Origin: a virus
Taxonomy: Duplodnaviria > Caudoviricetes
Direction: 5' to 3' (one strand)
IMG/VR virus record: IMGVR_UViG_2974637922_000001
Coordinates: 32,001-96,000 of that record
Length of the DNA: 64,000 nt
The translations under genes and the position numbers were made by a program. The notes under the pieces are model-generated. The model ran no database searches, was not told the origin of the DNA, and saw only the letters and a program-made list of their open reading frames with translations. This document shows positions 44,601 through 54,702 of the stretch, piece by piece (position 1 is the stretch's first letter; each line of letters begins with the position of its first letter).

Positions 44601-47600
44601 TTACTCCGAAGAAGACTTCAGTAAAGGTGTTCCTATGTTGGCTGGTGGAACTCTCCGTGCCTCGGACACCCTAGATTTTAGACCCAGAGTCGCCGCCTTT
44701 ACCTCACTCAACTCCTCACCATTTAACTACACTTCTCGTGACTTTGGTGACAATGGTAATACTGTTATCCTAGTTACCAAACCAAGTGAAAGTATGGTTC
44801 TAGGTTATAGTTACTTTGTTGGAAGAAGGGATCGTATTGTACTAGGATCTAATGGAAAATTCAGTGTAATTGAAGGTACACCCGCTGAGTTCCCAACATT
44901 ACCCACAATTGGTGATGGTGTAATGGAACTCGCCCAAATAACTTATCCACCATACCTATACTACATCGAAGACGTTCAAATTATCGAGGTTGATAATAGA
45001 CGATATACGATGAGAGATATTGGTAAGTTGGAAGATCGTATTGAGAACTTAGAAGAAGTTACGTCACTTTCACTACTAGAAAGGGAAACAGAATCACTAC
45101 AAGTTTTGGATGAAGATGGTAACGACAGATTTAAATCTGGTTTCTTTGCCGATGATTTCACGAATGCAGAATTTATTGATAATGATTATGAAGATACCAA
45201 CATTGATGTTGAACCTGCAACTTCTTCCCTAGTCACTAGACAGTTATTTTCCACCATTCCATTAAGAGCTCAACTATCAGAAAGTATTGATGAGAACATA
45301 GTTGATTTGAGTGATAACTTACCTCTAGTAGATACTAATCTACAAAAGACTGGTGATATAGTTACCCTATCATATGTTGAAGTTCCTTGGATTACACAAC
45401 CACTATCTTCGAGAACAGAAAATGTTAACCCATTCAATGTTATTCTATTCAATGGTAGTATTACATTAAACCCAGCTTCTGATGATTTTGTTATTACTAG
45501 ACAGATTCCAGGCAATACTCAAACTATTGATGTATTTGGTGATGGAAACAGTTCTAATTTCGATCAGACGTTTGTTGAGAGTGTAGAAACTGCTCAGTGG
45601 ATGAGATCACGTAACATTGCTTTCCACGGTCGTGGAATCAAACCCTTCACTCAGTTCTATGCGTTCTTTGACGGAACTTCTGGTATTGATATTATCCCCA
45701 AACTTATTGAAATCACCATGACTAACGGTGCTTTCTCCGTTGGGGAGAGGGTTGTTGGTACTACTGGAGGTAGAAGAATCTTTGCAGCTAGAGTAGCTAC
45801 ACCTAATCATAAGGAAGGTACTTTCAATAGTCCAGATAGAACTTTTGAGACAAATCCATATAATAGGGACGCTCAGTTGGCGTCTTCATACTCAGCCTCG
45901 TCTACAATTCTCAATATTGATACCAACTCACTAGCAGATATCACTGACTCACGTTTCTTTGGTTATATCACACCAGGAACTAGATTAGTTGGTCAGTCTA
46001 GTGGAGCTATTGCTGATGTTACAGAAGTAAAATTAATCGCTGATACATTTGCTGAACTATATGGTGCTATTTGGTTGAGGGATCCATACGCATCCCCAAC
46101 ACCATCATTCAGACTTGCTACCGGTGTTCGTACACTAAAACTAACCTCTAGTACAACTAACGCACAATCTACACTTGGTGGAACAACGATCTCCTTTGCA
46201 GAGTCTAACTTCCAATCTAGTGGTTTGGTTCAGAACAGGCAGACTGATACTACTGTGGTAACAGTTAGACCCCTACCACCACCACCCCCACCAATTATTA
46301 TTGACCAAACAGTTACTATTGTCAATAACAATACGACAGTTATCGATAATACTGTTACTCAAAATATCGATAATACTCAAACTATTATCCGAGAAGTGGA
46401 AGTTGACGATGACGACCCATTGGCACAGACCTTTATGGTTGATGAGACCGGTGCGTTCCTAACCAGTATTGATCTGTTTATGGCTACTAAGTCTGAAACA
46501 GATAACTTAATTGTTCAGGTTAGAACTACTGAGTTGGCAACTCCAACCAACCTTCTTATTCAAGATTTTGCTGAGGTTGTTCTATCACCTGATCAAGTTA
46601 ATGTATCAGAAGATGGGACTGCGGTAACTAAAGTTACTTTCCCCTCTCCCATATATCTTGAGTCAGGTATAACATATGCCGTTGTACTACTTGCCCCAAC
46701 TACTGACGAATACACTTCGTTTATTGCTGTTATGGGTGAGGAGAATCTCTCTGGTGAGATTGATCCTAACTTAGATCTAAACGCAACACTTCCAGAAGGA
46801 TCTACTCAAAGTAACTCCAATCTCCCAGGAACTGCTATTATTTCCCAGCAGTATCTCGGTGGATCACTCTTTAAGTCTCAGAATGGTACTATCTGGACAC
46901 CAACTCAGTTTGAGGATCTTAAGTTCACTCTCAACAAAGCACAGTTTAACCAGACTCCAGGAACTCTATTCCTCAACAATCCACCACTAACTGAGACCGG
47001 AATTCTACCACCTGATCCAATTGAAACACTACCTAGAAAACTCAAGGTATCTGTAAGTTCTAATACTTACAACTTCAGTGAAGGTGATATCATTTCTTCT
47101 GTTGGTTCAGGTGCTACCAATACCGCGTTGGTAACTGGTGACCTAGAGACCCTAGGTGGTCCACTAGCAACACTCGATGTAACTGACCCTGGTGTTGGTT
47201 TCATTGATGGTTCCTACAGTAGTGTAACTGTATATCCAATTACCAGTTCTGGTTCAGGTGCTGAACTCAATGTTACCATTTCTGGTAATGTAATTACAGC
47301 AGCAACAGTAACTACTGGTGGTTCTGGTTATAGAGTTGGAGATACCATTGGTATTACAACCGCTGATGTTGGTGCCGCTGGTGGTGACTCTGTATTGACT
47401 CTCGATACCATTGGTGATACAGATACACTATTCCTCACTAACGTACAAGGTGAGAAGATGGTTATAACAGAGAGTATTAAGGTATACGATACTGTTACTG
47501 AATCCCTAAGGACAACTGGTGTAGATATTACAACAGAATCTGAAGTTCTCAATCCAATGTATAATGGTAGTATCTTTGTTGCTAACATACCCAATCATGG

Positions 47601-48891
47601 TATGGAAGCAGACAACAATGTGGTTAGTATCACAGATATCCAACCAGATACAATTGGTACCCCACTAACACAGAGAGTTGATGTTTCCTCTAGTAGTTTG
47701 ACAATTCAGGACTCTTCCTCATTCTCCACCTTTGAGGGTATTACTACCAGTATTGGTTATGCTCTAGTTGGTGGTGAGATTATTGAATACTCCAACAGTG
47801 GTAGTGGTACTATTGGTATTACTTCTAGAGGTGTAGATAATAGTATTATTTCTACTCATAACGCTGGTGAGAGAGTATTCAAGTATGAACTCAGTGGTGT
47901 ATCACTAAGGCGTATCAATAGGGAACATTTGATTCCTAATGATAGTCTCTTAGGTAATACTAGAGAGATTAATAACTTACCCATACAGATTAGTAGAAGT
48001 CCAAGAGTATCTGGTAGAGATCAATTGAGCTTCAATCAGGAACAGACCGCAGGTGGAGCATTTGGTAGATCCTCTCAAAACTATGAGTATACTAGAATCC
48101 TACCCAATCTAGCAGCCTTTGGTTTCGGTGATTCTACTAGTATTAGATCCGTAGCAAGAACCATATCAGGTACAAGTGCTGGTGGTTCTGAAGTATCTTT
48201 CCTAGATCAGGGAAGTATACCTGTGAATCTAAACACCTGGAACACTTTCCCCAGTGTGAGAATGGTTGCTTCTCAGGTCAATGAGATTGAATATCTACAA
48301 GATCTTCCTAGACAGAAGTCGTTTACACTAGGGTTGACACTAACCAGTACAGATCCCAACCTCTCTCCAGTAGTTGATCTTCAACAGGTTAGTTTGATTA
48401 CCTCTAGAAACTCCCTAAACAAACCAATCACCAACTACGCAGATGATTCAAGAGTTAACTTACTAGTAGGTGATCCTCACGCTTCTATCTATGTTTCACA
48501 GGTGATCAACTTAGAAACACCAGCTACCTCACTTGAGGTCATCATTAGTGCTTATCGTGATGTATCAGCTGACTTCCGTGTTCTCTATAGGTTGTATGGT
48601 CCCAACTCCAATAACTCCACAGAACCAACTTGGGAGTTATTCCCTGGTTACACCAACATGCTAGATACTACTGGTGATGGTGTTGGTAATAGAATTATTG
48701 ATCCTTCCAAGAACAATGGTTTACCAAATGCAAGAGTTAGGGATAGTAACATTGGTGAAGTTCTAGAGTATGGTTACCACGTAGATGAGTTATCTGAGTT
48801 TTCTGGTTTCCAACTTAAGATTGTCTTTAGTGGAACCAATGAAGCAAGACCACCACTATTTACCGATATTAGAGCAATCGCGTTGGCTTAA
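41671..48891 (+). CDS. Large VrlC-like virion structural protein, 2406 aa
   Basis: PYFDDFD..LFKPGFPVQARELT, APGADRLKI, RYTMRDIG, DPLAQTF, GSLFKSQN. Confidence 0.85.
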   Translation: MSQINLDTSPYFDDFDPSKDYYKVLFKPGFPVQARELTTLQSILQNQVSNFGKHLFKEGSMVIPGSITYNAKYESIVINKQQGGIDVSLYASRLVGKTIQGKTSGVTAKVINFLLPPNNGVTSPTIFVSYINSGSDAATTVFDNNEELISTSDIVYGNTTITAGTTFASTISTLSTAVGSAAQIRDGIYFIRGFFAQVRESVVILEPFSNTPSYRVGLQITEQVITAGQDNSLYDNAKGFNNFSAPGADRLKISTKLIKKPLDDYNDTNFVELLRVDNGEVKKIAENSDYNIIKDYLAQRTYEESGDYTLFGMGIKVAESLSDNLGNGGVYQFDQKTEQGGTPTDDLAVVKVSAGKAYVRGYDINNPGTVNLDINKPRTTENVEASSVPFEMGSKFFINNVTGTPVIGLDVNDNIVELYNGRVDGAGSSTGDLIGESRVYSYSLEDAPYTGPSTPWNLYLYDTQIFTKLTLNVDATGNILTSYKVRGLSSNATGYVRSVSTTEVVLTQVSGEFIRNEAISVNGKISSSLSVSLVDSYRNNDVRSISQASSSLDPNIEVDFSADTLQYSAIPTGFTASDSVTITTGGVVTCPGRIFDAFRVGDVIGYQKAGSEVITYNQVLSLNATNTSITVDAVANVAGVCDGTLPSSETRSGIRLYNSRLLNQEISQLYATLEERNISSVDLASSSLTFAKQINNLSTDASGVLTVNVSDLDVSGAVFEAFDQERYSIHYSNGTTQSLSSSQVTITSSTAEFTNLLPSQTTNVTLNCTAIKTGIKSKTKVLLRSQLLEVTKASSGISTVAQGLGQNDYYGLRVDDEEISLNVSDVTNIVAVYESLDDGTPTFDVLGFVNGLELDTRVAVGEQIKGDVSGAIARVVTVATPASVNIVYLTESTFEVGELVTFMESKIETNLQSITEGNYSNITNRFTLDKGQREQFYDYSRLVRNKNAKAPNKRILIIYDRFAVPVNDKGDFYTANSYSEEDFSKGVPMLAGGTLRASDTLDFRPRVAAFTSLNSSPFNYTSRDFGDNGNTVILVTKPSESMVLGYSYFVGRRDRIVLGSNGKFSVIEGTPAEFPTLPTIGDGVMELAQITYPPYLYYIEDVQIIEVDNRRYTMRDIGKLEDRIENLEEVTSLSLLERETESLQVLDEDGNDRFKSGFFADDFTNAEFIDNDYEDTNIDVEPATSSLVTRQLFSTIPLRAQLSESIDENIVDLSDNLPLVDTNLQKTGDIVTLSYVEVPWITQPLSSRTENVNPFNVILFNGSITLNPASDDFVITRQIPGNTQTIDVFGDGNSSNFDQTFVESVETAQWMRSRNIAFHGRGIKPFTQFYAFFDGTSGIDIIPKLIEITMTNGAFSVGERVVGTTGGRRIFAARVATPNHKEGTFNSPDRTFETNPYNRDAQLASSYSASSTILNIDTNSLADITDSRFFGYITPGTRLVGQSSGAIADVTEVKLIADTFAELYGAIWLRDPYASPTPSFRLATGVRTLKLTSSTTNAQSTLGGTTISFAESNFQSSGLVQNRQTDTTVVTVRPLPPPPPPIIIDQTVTIVNNNTTVIDNTVTQNIDNTQTIIREVEVDDDDPLAQTFMVDETGAFLTSIDLFMATKSETDNLIVQVRTTELATPTNLLIQDFAEVVLSPDQVNVSEDGTAVTKVTFPSPIYLESGITYAVVLLAPTTDEYTSFIAVMGEENLSGEIDPNLDLNATLPEGSTQSNSNLPGTAIISQQYLGGSLFKSQNGTIWTPTQFEDLKFTLNKAQFNQTPGTLFLNNPPLTETGILPPDPIETLPRKLKVSVSSNTYNFSEGDIISSVGSGATNTALVTGDLETLGGPLATLDVTDPGVGFIDGSYSSVTVYPITSSGSGAELNVTISGNVITAATVTTGGSGYRVGDTIGITTADVGAAGGDSVLTLDTIGDTDTLFLTNVQGEKMVITESIKVYDTVTESLRTTGVDITTESEVLNPMYNGSIFVANIPNHGMEADNNVVSITDIQPDTIGTPLTQRVDVSSSSLTIQDSSSFSTFEGITTSIGYALVGGEIIEYSNSGSGTIGITSRGVDNSIISTHNAGERVFKYELSGVSLRRINREHLIPNDSLLGNTREINNLPIQISRSPRVSGRDQLSFNQEQTAGGAFGRSSQNYEYTRILPNLAAFGFGDSTSIRSVARTISGTSAGGSEVSFLDQGSIPVNLNTWNTFPSVRMVASQVNEIEYLQDLPRQKSFTLGLTLTSTDPNLSPVVDLQQVSLITSRNSLNKPITNYADDSRVNLLVGDPHASIYVSQVINLETPATSLEVIISAYRDVSADFRVLYRLYGPNSNNSTEPTWELFPGYTNMLDTTGDGVGNRIIDPSKNNGLPNARVRDSNIGEVLEYGYHVDELSEFSGFQLKIVFSGTNEARPPLFTDIRAIALA

Positions 48892-49115
48892 TGGGAAAGA
48901 AAAGGGTACAGGGTTACAATAACCTTTATCGTAACGAATCCGGTGCTATCGTTAATACCGATACCACTGGTTATGTTGCATACAAAAAGAAAAGAGATTC
49001 CTCCAAACTGAAACAGGATCAAATTGAATCCTTAGGAACTCAGTTAGAGGAAGCAAAGAATGAGATCAATGAGCTCAAGGATCTGGTCAAACAGATGATT
49101 AATAAGAACGTCTAA
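48891..49115 (+). CDS. Small coiled-coil protein (LYRNESGAIVN)
   Basis: TAATG-coupled. Confidence 0.8.
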   Translation: MGKKRVQGYNNLYRNESGAIVNTDTTGYVAYKKKRDSSKLKQDQIESLGTQLEEAKNEINELKDLVKQMINKNV

Positions 49116-49142
49116 ATATTAGAGTAATACTAGCTAATTCTC

Positions 49143-49676
49143 ATGGCAAGTGCCTACGTATCAAATATAACTATTGATCAGGGTGCTGACTTTTCTGCTT
49201 ATTTCACATTAGATGATGCTGGAACCTCGGTTCCTATCAATCTAACTAGATTTACTGCATATGGGCAACTTAGGAAACATCCTACTGCCCCTTTTGGTGT
49301 GCAGTTTGATATTAAGATCGCTAAGCCAAAAACTGGCGAGATTATTATCTCATTGAACTCAGCACAGACCTCCGCTTTAGATGAGGGTCGTTATGTATAT
49401 GATGTATATCTCAGAAGCACCACGAACGCTAAAGTGTATCGTGTTGTGGAGGGAATGGCACTAGTTAACCCCGGTGTAACCGACATGCAAACTGGAATTA
49501 TCCCACCATCATACCCACCCGTCGCTATCGGACCAACTCCACCCGCAGATCCCATCGAAGGGAATCTCTGGTGGAACTCTGAAGATGGGCGTATGTATAT
49601 CTACTATATTGATAAAGACTCAGCACAGTGGGTACAGACCAATCCAAGTAGTAAAGACACAGAGAGGACTAACTGA
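49143..49676 (+). CDS. Virion structural protein (IDQGADF..GRYVYDV..RVVEG) with tail-fibre-like C-terminal GNLWWNS motif
   Basis: Motifs; late box TCTAAATA at 49111. Confidence 0.8.
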   Translation: MASAYVSNITIDQGADFSAYFTLDDAGTSVPINLTRFTAYGQLRKHPTAPFGVQFDIKIAKPKTGEIIISLNSAQTSALDEGRYVYDVYLRSTTNAKVYRVVEGMALVNPGVTDMQTGIIPPSYPPVAIGPTPPADPIEGNLWWNSEDGRMYIYYIDKDSAQWVQTNPSSKDTERTN

Positions 49677-49933
49677 TGGCAAACTTACTCGATCAAATCG
49701 GTCAGAGAAATGTTGTTAGGGTAGTATCCCAAGGTGTCCCAGCAACATTATCTGGACTTTCAGATACAGACTTTAGTGGTATTGGTACTGGAATGGTACC
49801 AGTATGGGATGGTGATGCTTTCACACCAATAGTAGGAGGTGCCAACCAAAGTGTCTCCAATATCATTCTAACGACAAACCCAGTCACACACGCAACTGCA
49901 TGGACTGATACTATTGATGGTGGATTCTTCTAA
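49676..49933 (+). CDS. Small structural protein (..IDGGFF)
   Basis: Coupled ORF. Confidence 0.7.
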   Translation: MANLLDQIGQRNVVRVVSQGVPATLSGLSDTDFSGIGTGMVPVWDGDAFTPIVGGANQSVSNIILTTNPVTHATAWTDTIDGGFF

Positions 49934-50826
49934 TGGCAAAACCCCACACACGACAAGAACTTGTCAATTATGGATTGAGGCAGTTGGGCGCTCCAGTTCT
50001 AGAGATTAATATTGCAGATGAGCAAATTGATGATCTACTAGACGATACTATCCAACACTTCCAAGAAAGGCACTACGATGGTGTTGTTAGAACATATCTA
50101 AAGTATGAACTAACAAAAGAAGATATTGCACGCGGTGGTGACATCAATCCAATGGTGAATCCAGGTATCACTACAGTAGGACCAGTAACATATCCAAACC
50201 CACCCAAACAAGTAGAAGACAGGTACATAGAGAACTCCAATTGGATTCATCTACCTGATTATGTTATCGGTGTTGAGAAGGTCTATGTACCCCGAGAAGC
50301 GACTGGTGGTGTAGGTGGATATATAAACCTGATTGGTCCCGATGGGGGTCTTGGAGGAGGTTGTGGCGGTGGCGGACTCGGTGGTGGTGGTCTAGCCGGT
50401 ATGGGTTATCTTGGTGGTGGAGATATAATTTCATATTTTATGGCTAAGCAATGGATGGCAACATATGACTATATGTTCAACCCAGACGCTGCTATTCGGT
50501 TCAATAAGAGAATGGATCGTCTATATCTTGACATCAACTGGCGTCGCCTAACAGCAGGTGAGCTTATTGTTGTTGATTGCTACAGAGCACTTGATCCTGA
50601 ACAATTTGTAGAAGTCTACAATGATAGTTGGGTGAAGAAGTGGTTTACTGCTCTATTGAAAAAGCAATGGGGTCAGAACCTAATGAAGTTCAAAGGAACT
50701 AGACTTGCTGGTGGCATTGAGATGAATGGTAGAGAAATCTACGATGAAGGTGTCAAAGAACTTGAGATCATTAAGAATGATATGTCTAGTCATTATGAAC
50801 TTCCTCCATTGGATATGATTGGTTAA
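49933..50826 (+). CDS. gp13: Neck protein
   Basis: LRQLGAPVLEINI, QWGQNL.KF.G..L.GG, LPPLDMIG. Confidence 0.95.
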   Translation: MAKPHTRQELVNYGLRQLGAPVLEINIADEQIDDLLDDTIQHFQERHYDGVVRTYLKYELTKEDIARGGDINPMVNPGITTVGPVTYPNPPKQVEDRYIENSNWIHLPDYVIGVEKVYVPREATGGVGGYINLIGPDGGLGGGCGGGGLGGGGLAGMGYLGGGDIISYFMAKQWMATYDYMFNPDAAIRFNKRMDRLYLDINWRRLTAGELIVVDCYRALDPEQFVEVYNDSWVKKWFTALLKKQWGQNLMKFKGTRLAGGIEMNGREIYDEGVKELEIIKNDMSSHYELPPLDMIG

Positions 50827-50831
50827 GTAAA

Positions 50832-52310
50832 ATGGTTGTTAATCCCTTTTTCCTACATGGTTCCACTCAGGAACAAAACCTGATGCAGAATCTGGTCAAT
50901 GAACAGATTCAAATGTACGGGATCGATGTATATTACATCCCTCGTACATTTATTAGGGATGCGACCATCATGCGGGAGGTCACTTCCTCTGCATTTCGAT
51001 CATACTTTGTTCTAGAAGCATACCTAGAGAACTTTGATGGATATGGTGGTCAAGGAGACCTCATGTCCAAGTTTGGCATTCAAGTCAAAGATGAAGTTAC
51101 ACTTACCATCTCCAGGGATAGGTATGAGAACTATATTGCACCATTCCTGAACTCCAGGATGTTGTACTTAATGGACTCTCCCCAAGATGATGGTCAAATG
51201 ATGACCATCCAGAGACCCAAAGAAGGGGATCTAATCTACTTCCCATTGGGTAGAAGACTATTTGAAATTAAGTTTGTAGAGCATGAGAAACCCTTCTATC
51301 AGTTAGGTAAGGGATATGTTTATGAACTTCAGTGCGAACTATTTGAGTATGAAGATGAAGTCCTCGATACAAGTGTCGATGAGATCGATAGTACTCTACT
51401 TAATAAGGGTTATATTACAACTATTAACCTTGTCCCCGTTAGTAACAGAGCTGTTGTTACACCCAAAACTGGCACTGGATACATCACAGAACTAACTATC
51501 TTCAATGAGGGTAGTGGATATAAGTCACCACCTAGTATTGTTATTGATCCACCACAACTGGGAACAGATCCTAGTGTTGTTGCACTACTCACTAGACCAG
51601 ATTCTAGTACCCCTGAACCTGCCATCAAACAGGTTGTAGTATTTAATAGTGGTTCTGGATATGTGGAACCACCTAGTGTTATTGCAGTTGGTGGTGAAGG
51701 AGAGGGTTCTATTATTAGAGCAGGTATCAATAGCCTATCTGATGGTATTATTGATTTTGTTGTATCTGAGAAGGGTGCTGGTTATCCAGAAGATGTGGAT
51801 ATCATTGTATATGATGATGACAATAATATTGTGGCACAGGGTAAAGGGCTATCTGATGGTGATCAGATTGTATCTGCTATTATCACAAACCCAGGAAAAG
51901 ACCTACCATCCAGTGTGAGGGCTATTGTGGCAAAACCAGCAGATGAGGGTGATGGTATCTTTGTATACAATGAGATTGTAGTGGGACAACAGTCCGGTAT
52001 GAGAGCGAGAGTTCGTGGATGGGATCAACCCAATTACCAACTACATATCACTAACTTAGATCCCACTCAGAAGTCTATTAACTTCCAAGCAGGTGAGACT
52101 ATTGTTGGTGAAACCAGTGGTGCCAAGTATTCTCTCAAGAACTTTGTGGATACACAATCCAAAGCAGACTTCTACTCCGATAACGATAATATTGGAAATG
52201 AGGGTGAGGAGATTGTGAATACTGATGACGAATATAACCAGTTCTTTGATACTAATAGAAACTACTTTAACCCTGATTTCAGTAACAACGATCCCTTCGG
52301 TGAACAGTAA
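50832..52310 (+). CDS. gp14: Neck protein with internal insertion
   Basis: NPFFL, YYIPR, PKEGDLIYFP, PFYQLGK, DPFGE. Confidence 0.9.
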   Translation: MVVNPFFLHGSTQEQNLMQNLVNEQIQMYGIDVYYIPRTFIRDATIMREVTSSAFRSYFVLEAYLENFDGYGGQGDLMSKFGIQVKDEVTLTISRDRYENYIAPFLNSRMLYLMDSPQDDGQMMTIQRPKEGDLIYFPLGRRLFEIKFVEHEKPFYQLGKGYVYELQCELFEYEDEVLDTSVDEIDSTLLNKGYITTINLVPVSNRAVVTPKTGTGYITELTIFNEGSGYKSPPSIVIDPPQLGTDPSVVALLTRPDSSTPEPAIKQVVVFNSGSGYVEPPSVIAVGGEGEGSIIRAGINSLSDGIIDFVVSEKGAGYPEDVDIIVYDDDNNIVAQGKGLSDGDQIVSAIITNPGKDLPSSVRAIVAKPADEGDGIFVYNEIVVGQQSGMRARVRGWDQPNYQLHITNLDPTQKSINFQAGETIVGETSGAKYSLKNFVDTQSKADFYSDNDNIGNEGEEIVNTDDEYNQFFDTNRNYFNPDFSNNDPFGEQ

Positions 52311-52317
52311 CTAAATA
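52310..52317 (+). promoter_or_regulatory. Late-promoter-like box
   Basis: ACTAAATA upstream of gp15. Confidence 0.65.
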
Positions 52318-52345
52318 ACTTATCTAGTTATTATCATTAATACCC

Positions 52346-53146
52346 GTGGGTGAATATTTTTATCATGAGATCATCAAGAGAACTGTTGTCGGTTTCGGCA
52401 ATCTCTTCAATGGTCTTACTATCCAAAAGGTAGACAAGAAGCAAAACGTCATTAACGTGATGAAGGTGCCTCTTGCATATGGTCCTACCCAGAAGTTTCT
52501 GGCAAAGATTACTCAGCAGGGTGAGTTAAACCAACCTACTGAGATTACTTTACCACGTATGTCTTTTGAGATGAACTCTCTTGCATATGACGGATCGCGG
52601 AAGACCGCACCCACTCAGATGTTTAAGACACTAGATAACGGGGAGACACTTAAAAAGGTTTATCTTCCAGTTCCATATAATATTGGTTTTGAACTTAATA
52701 TTATGACCAAGTTGAATGAGGATGCTCTACAACTTGTCGAACAAATTCTTCCATATTTCCAACCTTCCTTTAATATTACTGTCGATCTAGTTGATCAGAT
52801 TGGTGAGAAGAGAGATATCCCTGTGGTACTCGACTCCATCAACTTCACTGACGACTATGAAGGAGACTTCACAGGTAGACGTATTCTAATCTATACTCTA
52901 TCATTCACTGCCAAATCCTACATGTTTGGACCTGTCAGTGAATCTGGGGATGGTCTTATTCGTAAGGTTCAGGTTGATTATCATACTTCAACCGAGAGGG
53001 ATTCACCTCGTGAGGTTCGTTACACAGCCACACCAGACCCAGTTGATGCCGAACCCACTGATGACTTTGGGTTTAGTGAAGAAACTGTAGTATACTTTGA
53101 TTCTAAAGTATACAGTCCAACTCAAGGTGAGGATTACACTCCATGA
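52346..53146 (+). CDS. gp15: Tail sheath stabiliser / tail terminator
   Basis: YFYHEII..FG.LFN, VPLAYGP.QKFL, LPRMSFE, EQILPYFQP. Confidence 0.95.
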   Translation: MGEYFYHEIIKRTVVGFGNLFNGLTIQKVDKKQNVINVMKVPLAYGPTQKFLAKITQQGELNQPTEITLPRMSFEMNSLAYDGSRKTAPTQMFKTLDNGETLKKVYLPVPYNIGFELNIMTKLNEDALQLVEQILPYFQPSFNITVDLVDQIGEKRDIPVVLDSINFTDDYEGDFTGRRILIYTLSFTAKSYMFGPVSESGDGLIRKVQVDYHTSTERDSPREVRYTATPDPVDAEPTDDFGFSEETVVYFDSKVYSPTQGEDYTP

Positions 53147-53568
53147 GCTTTGAATCAATAGATGATGCACTGGATATTGAATCCAGTATTGTGAAAAAAG
53201 AAGAAGAGGTGGAGGTTACTCCTACCAATTCTAAAGAGAAACCATCTACTCCCCAAACTGAACAAGATTACAACTATAGTAGGGGACAACTCTATTCTCT
53301 CATTGAGAAGGGACAAGAGGCGGTTAACAACGCATTAGAACTCGCCAACGAAGGTTCTAGTGCTAGATCATATGAGGTTGTTGGTGGTCTTATTAAGAAT
53401 GTCGCAGACGTTACTGATAAACTACTAGATCTCCAAAAGAAGGTTAAGGATCTGGATGAAATTTCAGTTACTAATAACCAAACCAATGTAACCAACAATT
53501 CGGTATTCGTCGGATCAACTACTGAACTCCAGAAGATGTTGAAAGAAGGATTGTTGAATAACGATTAA
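53143..53568 (+). CDS. gp16: Terminase small subunit
   Basis: DYNYSRGQLYSLIEKG, RSYEV, FVGSTTELQK. Confidence 0.92.
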   Translation: MSFESIDDALDIESSIVKKEEEVEVTPTNSKEKPSTPQTEQDYNYSRGQLYSLIEKGQEAVNNALELANEGSSARSYEVVGGLIKNVADVTDKLLDLQKKVKDLDEISVTNNQTNVTNNSVFVGSTTELQKMLKEGLLNND

Positions 53569-53573
53569 CTACT

Positions 53574-53987
53574 ATGGCTTACGAAGAAGAAAATCAGTGT
53601 AACTCTACACCTGAGGGTGAAGATTGCCCTAAGCACAAGAAGAAGTGCTGCAATTCTGAGGAAAAGAAACGCAAAAAGGGGATGTACGGTCTCCAGGATG
53701 AGGATAGTGAAGGCGATGAGTCCTCACAAGAGAATGGTGGCATGCCTCAGGATAGTGCCAATGAGGAAAGACAACTTAACCCAGACACTGACCTGAAGGA
53801 CATGTCCAGTGATAGTAAGAAGAGGGCTATGGATTCTTTCCGTGAAAGAAGTTCTGAAGCTAAGAAAAGAAAATCAGATAAAGATAAGAAGGATGAATTG
53901 GCAACTGAACGCATGACAAAGGGCATAAGGTTCTTTGACAAACAGGGTTCAGGTTATATTAAAAAAGGTAAAAAGAGTTACGACTAA
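53574..53987 (+). CDS. Highly charged hypothetical protein
   Basis: ORF track; CN.TPEG.DCPKH, GIRFFDKQGSGY. Confidence 0.75.
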   Translation: MAYEEENQCNSTPEGEDCPKHKKKCCNSEEKKRKKGMYGLQDEDSEGDESSQENGGMPQDSANEERQLNPDTDLKDMSSDSKKRAMDSFRERSSEAKKRKSDKDKKDELATERMTKGIRFFDKQGSGYIKKGKKSYD

Positions 53988-53989
53988 CC

Positions 53990-54601
53990 ATGACACTAAT
54001 TAACGAACATAATCTTGGAGCTTGGAAAGCTTTAAACCCCCAAGACAAAAGACTACAAGCATTAACACTCTCAGAACTATTGGAGAATGTCGATCCAACT
54101 AGCGTAGATTTCAGTAGTATTACCTTTAAGGGGCGTACAGACGGTCTACTCGGAGATGGTCTCGATTGTGCTGAAAGTATTGGTTTTGTTGTATTTGATT
54201 GTGTATGTCTGTTCCTAGGAGCAGCAACACTAAGAGCTTCAGCCACTGCTGAGGTAGCCGAAGATATGGCTAAAGCTGCAGAACCTGTTGTTAACCAACT
54301 AACACAGTATATTAGAACCATTTCTGATTCAGCATCATCAACATATGATGTTGCTTATGCTGTGTTTAAGGTAATCTCTACCATCTACAGTGGAGGTGCT
54401 TTAGGTGCTGTTTGTGGTGTGTTCTTCACGTCCCTAACTTGGTACAATGCTATTCTCTATGGAATGACTGCTGTTGGTACTATTATGGCTGCTTTGGCAA
54501 CTGATGGTGCTGCTGAAATTGGTATTATTGTTGTGGAAATAGCAACAGCTGGTTTCCTAATTTCCGACAGTGTTGCCTGCTCTAAAGCTTGCAACTACTG
54601 A
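53990..54601 (+). CDS. Hydrophobic Ala/Cys-rich protein, possibly membrane-associated
   Basis: Several hydrophobic segments. Confidence 0.75.
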   Translation: MTLINEHNLGAWKALNPQDKRLQALTLSELLENVDPTSVDFSSITFKGRTDGLLGDGLDCAESIGFVVFDCVCLFLGAATLRASATAEVAEDMAKAAEPVVNQLTQYIRTISDSASSTYDVAYAVFKVISTIYSGGALGAVCGVFFTSLTWYNAILYGMTAVGTIMAALATDGAAEIGIIVVEIATAGFLISDSVACSKACNY

Positions 54602-54702
54602 GTTGCTAAATATATCTGAAAGGCAATCTAGTCGTGGGCGGTATTTTAATATCGTTAACAATTGTCCATTGAAGCCTTTCCCACATTTACGGTTCAATAG
54701 AT

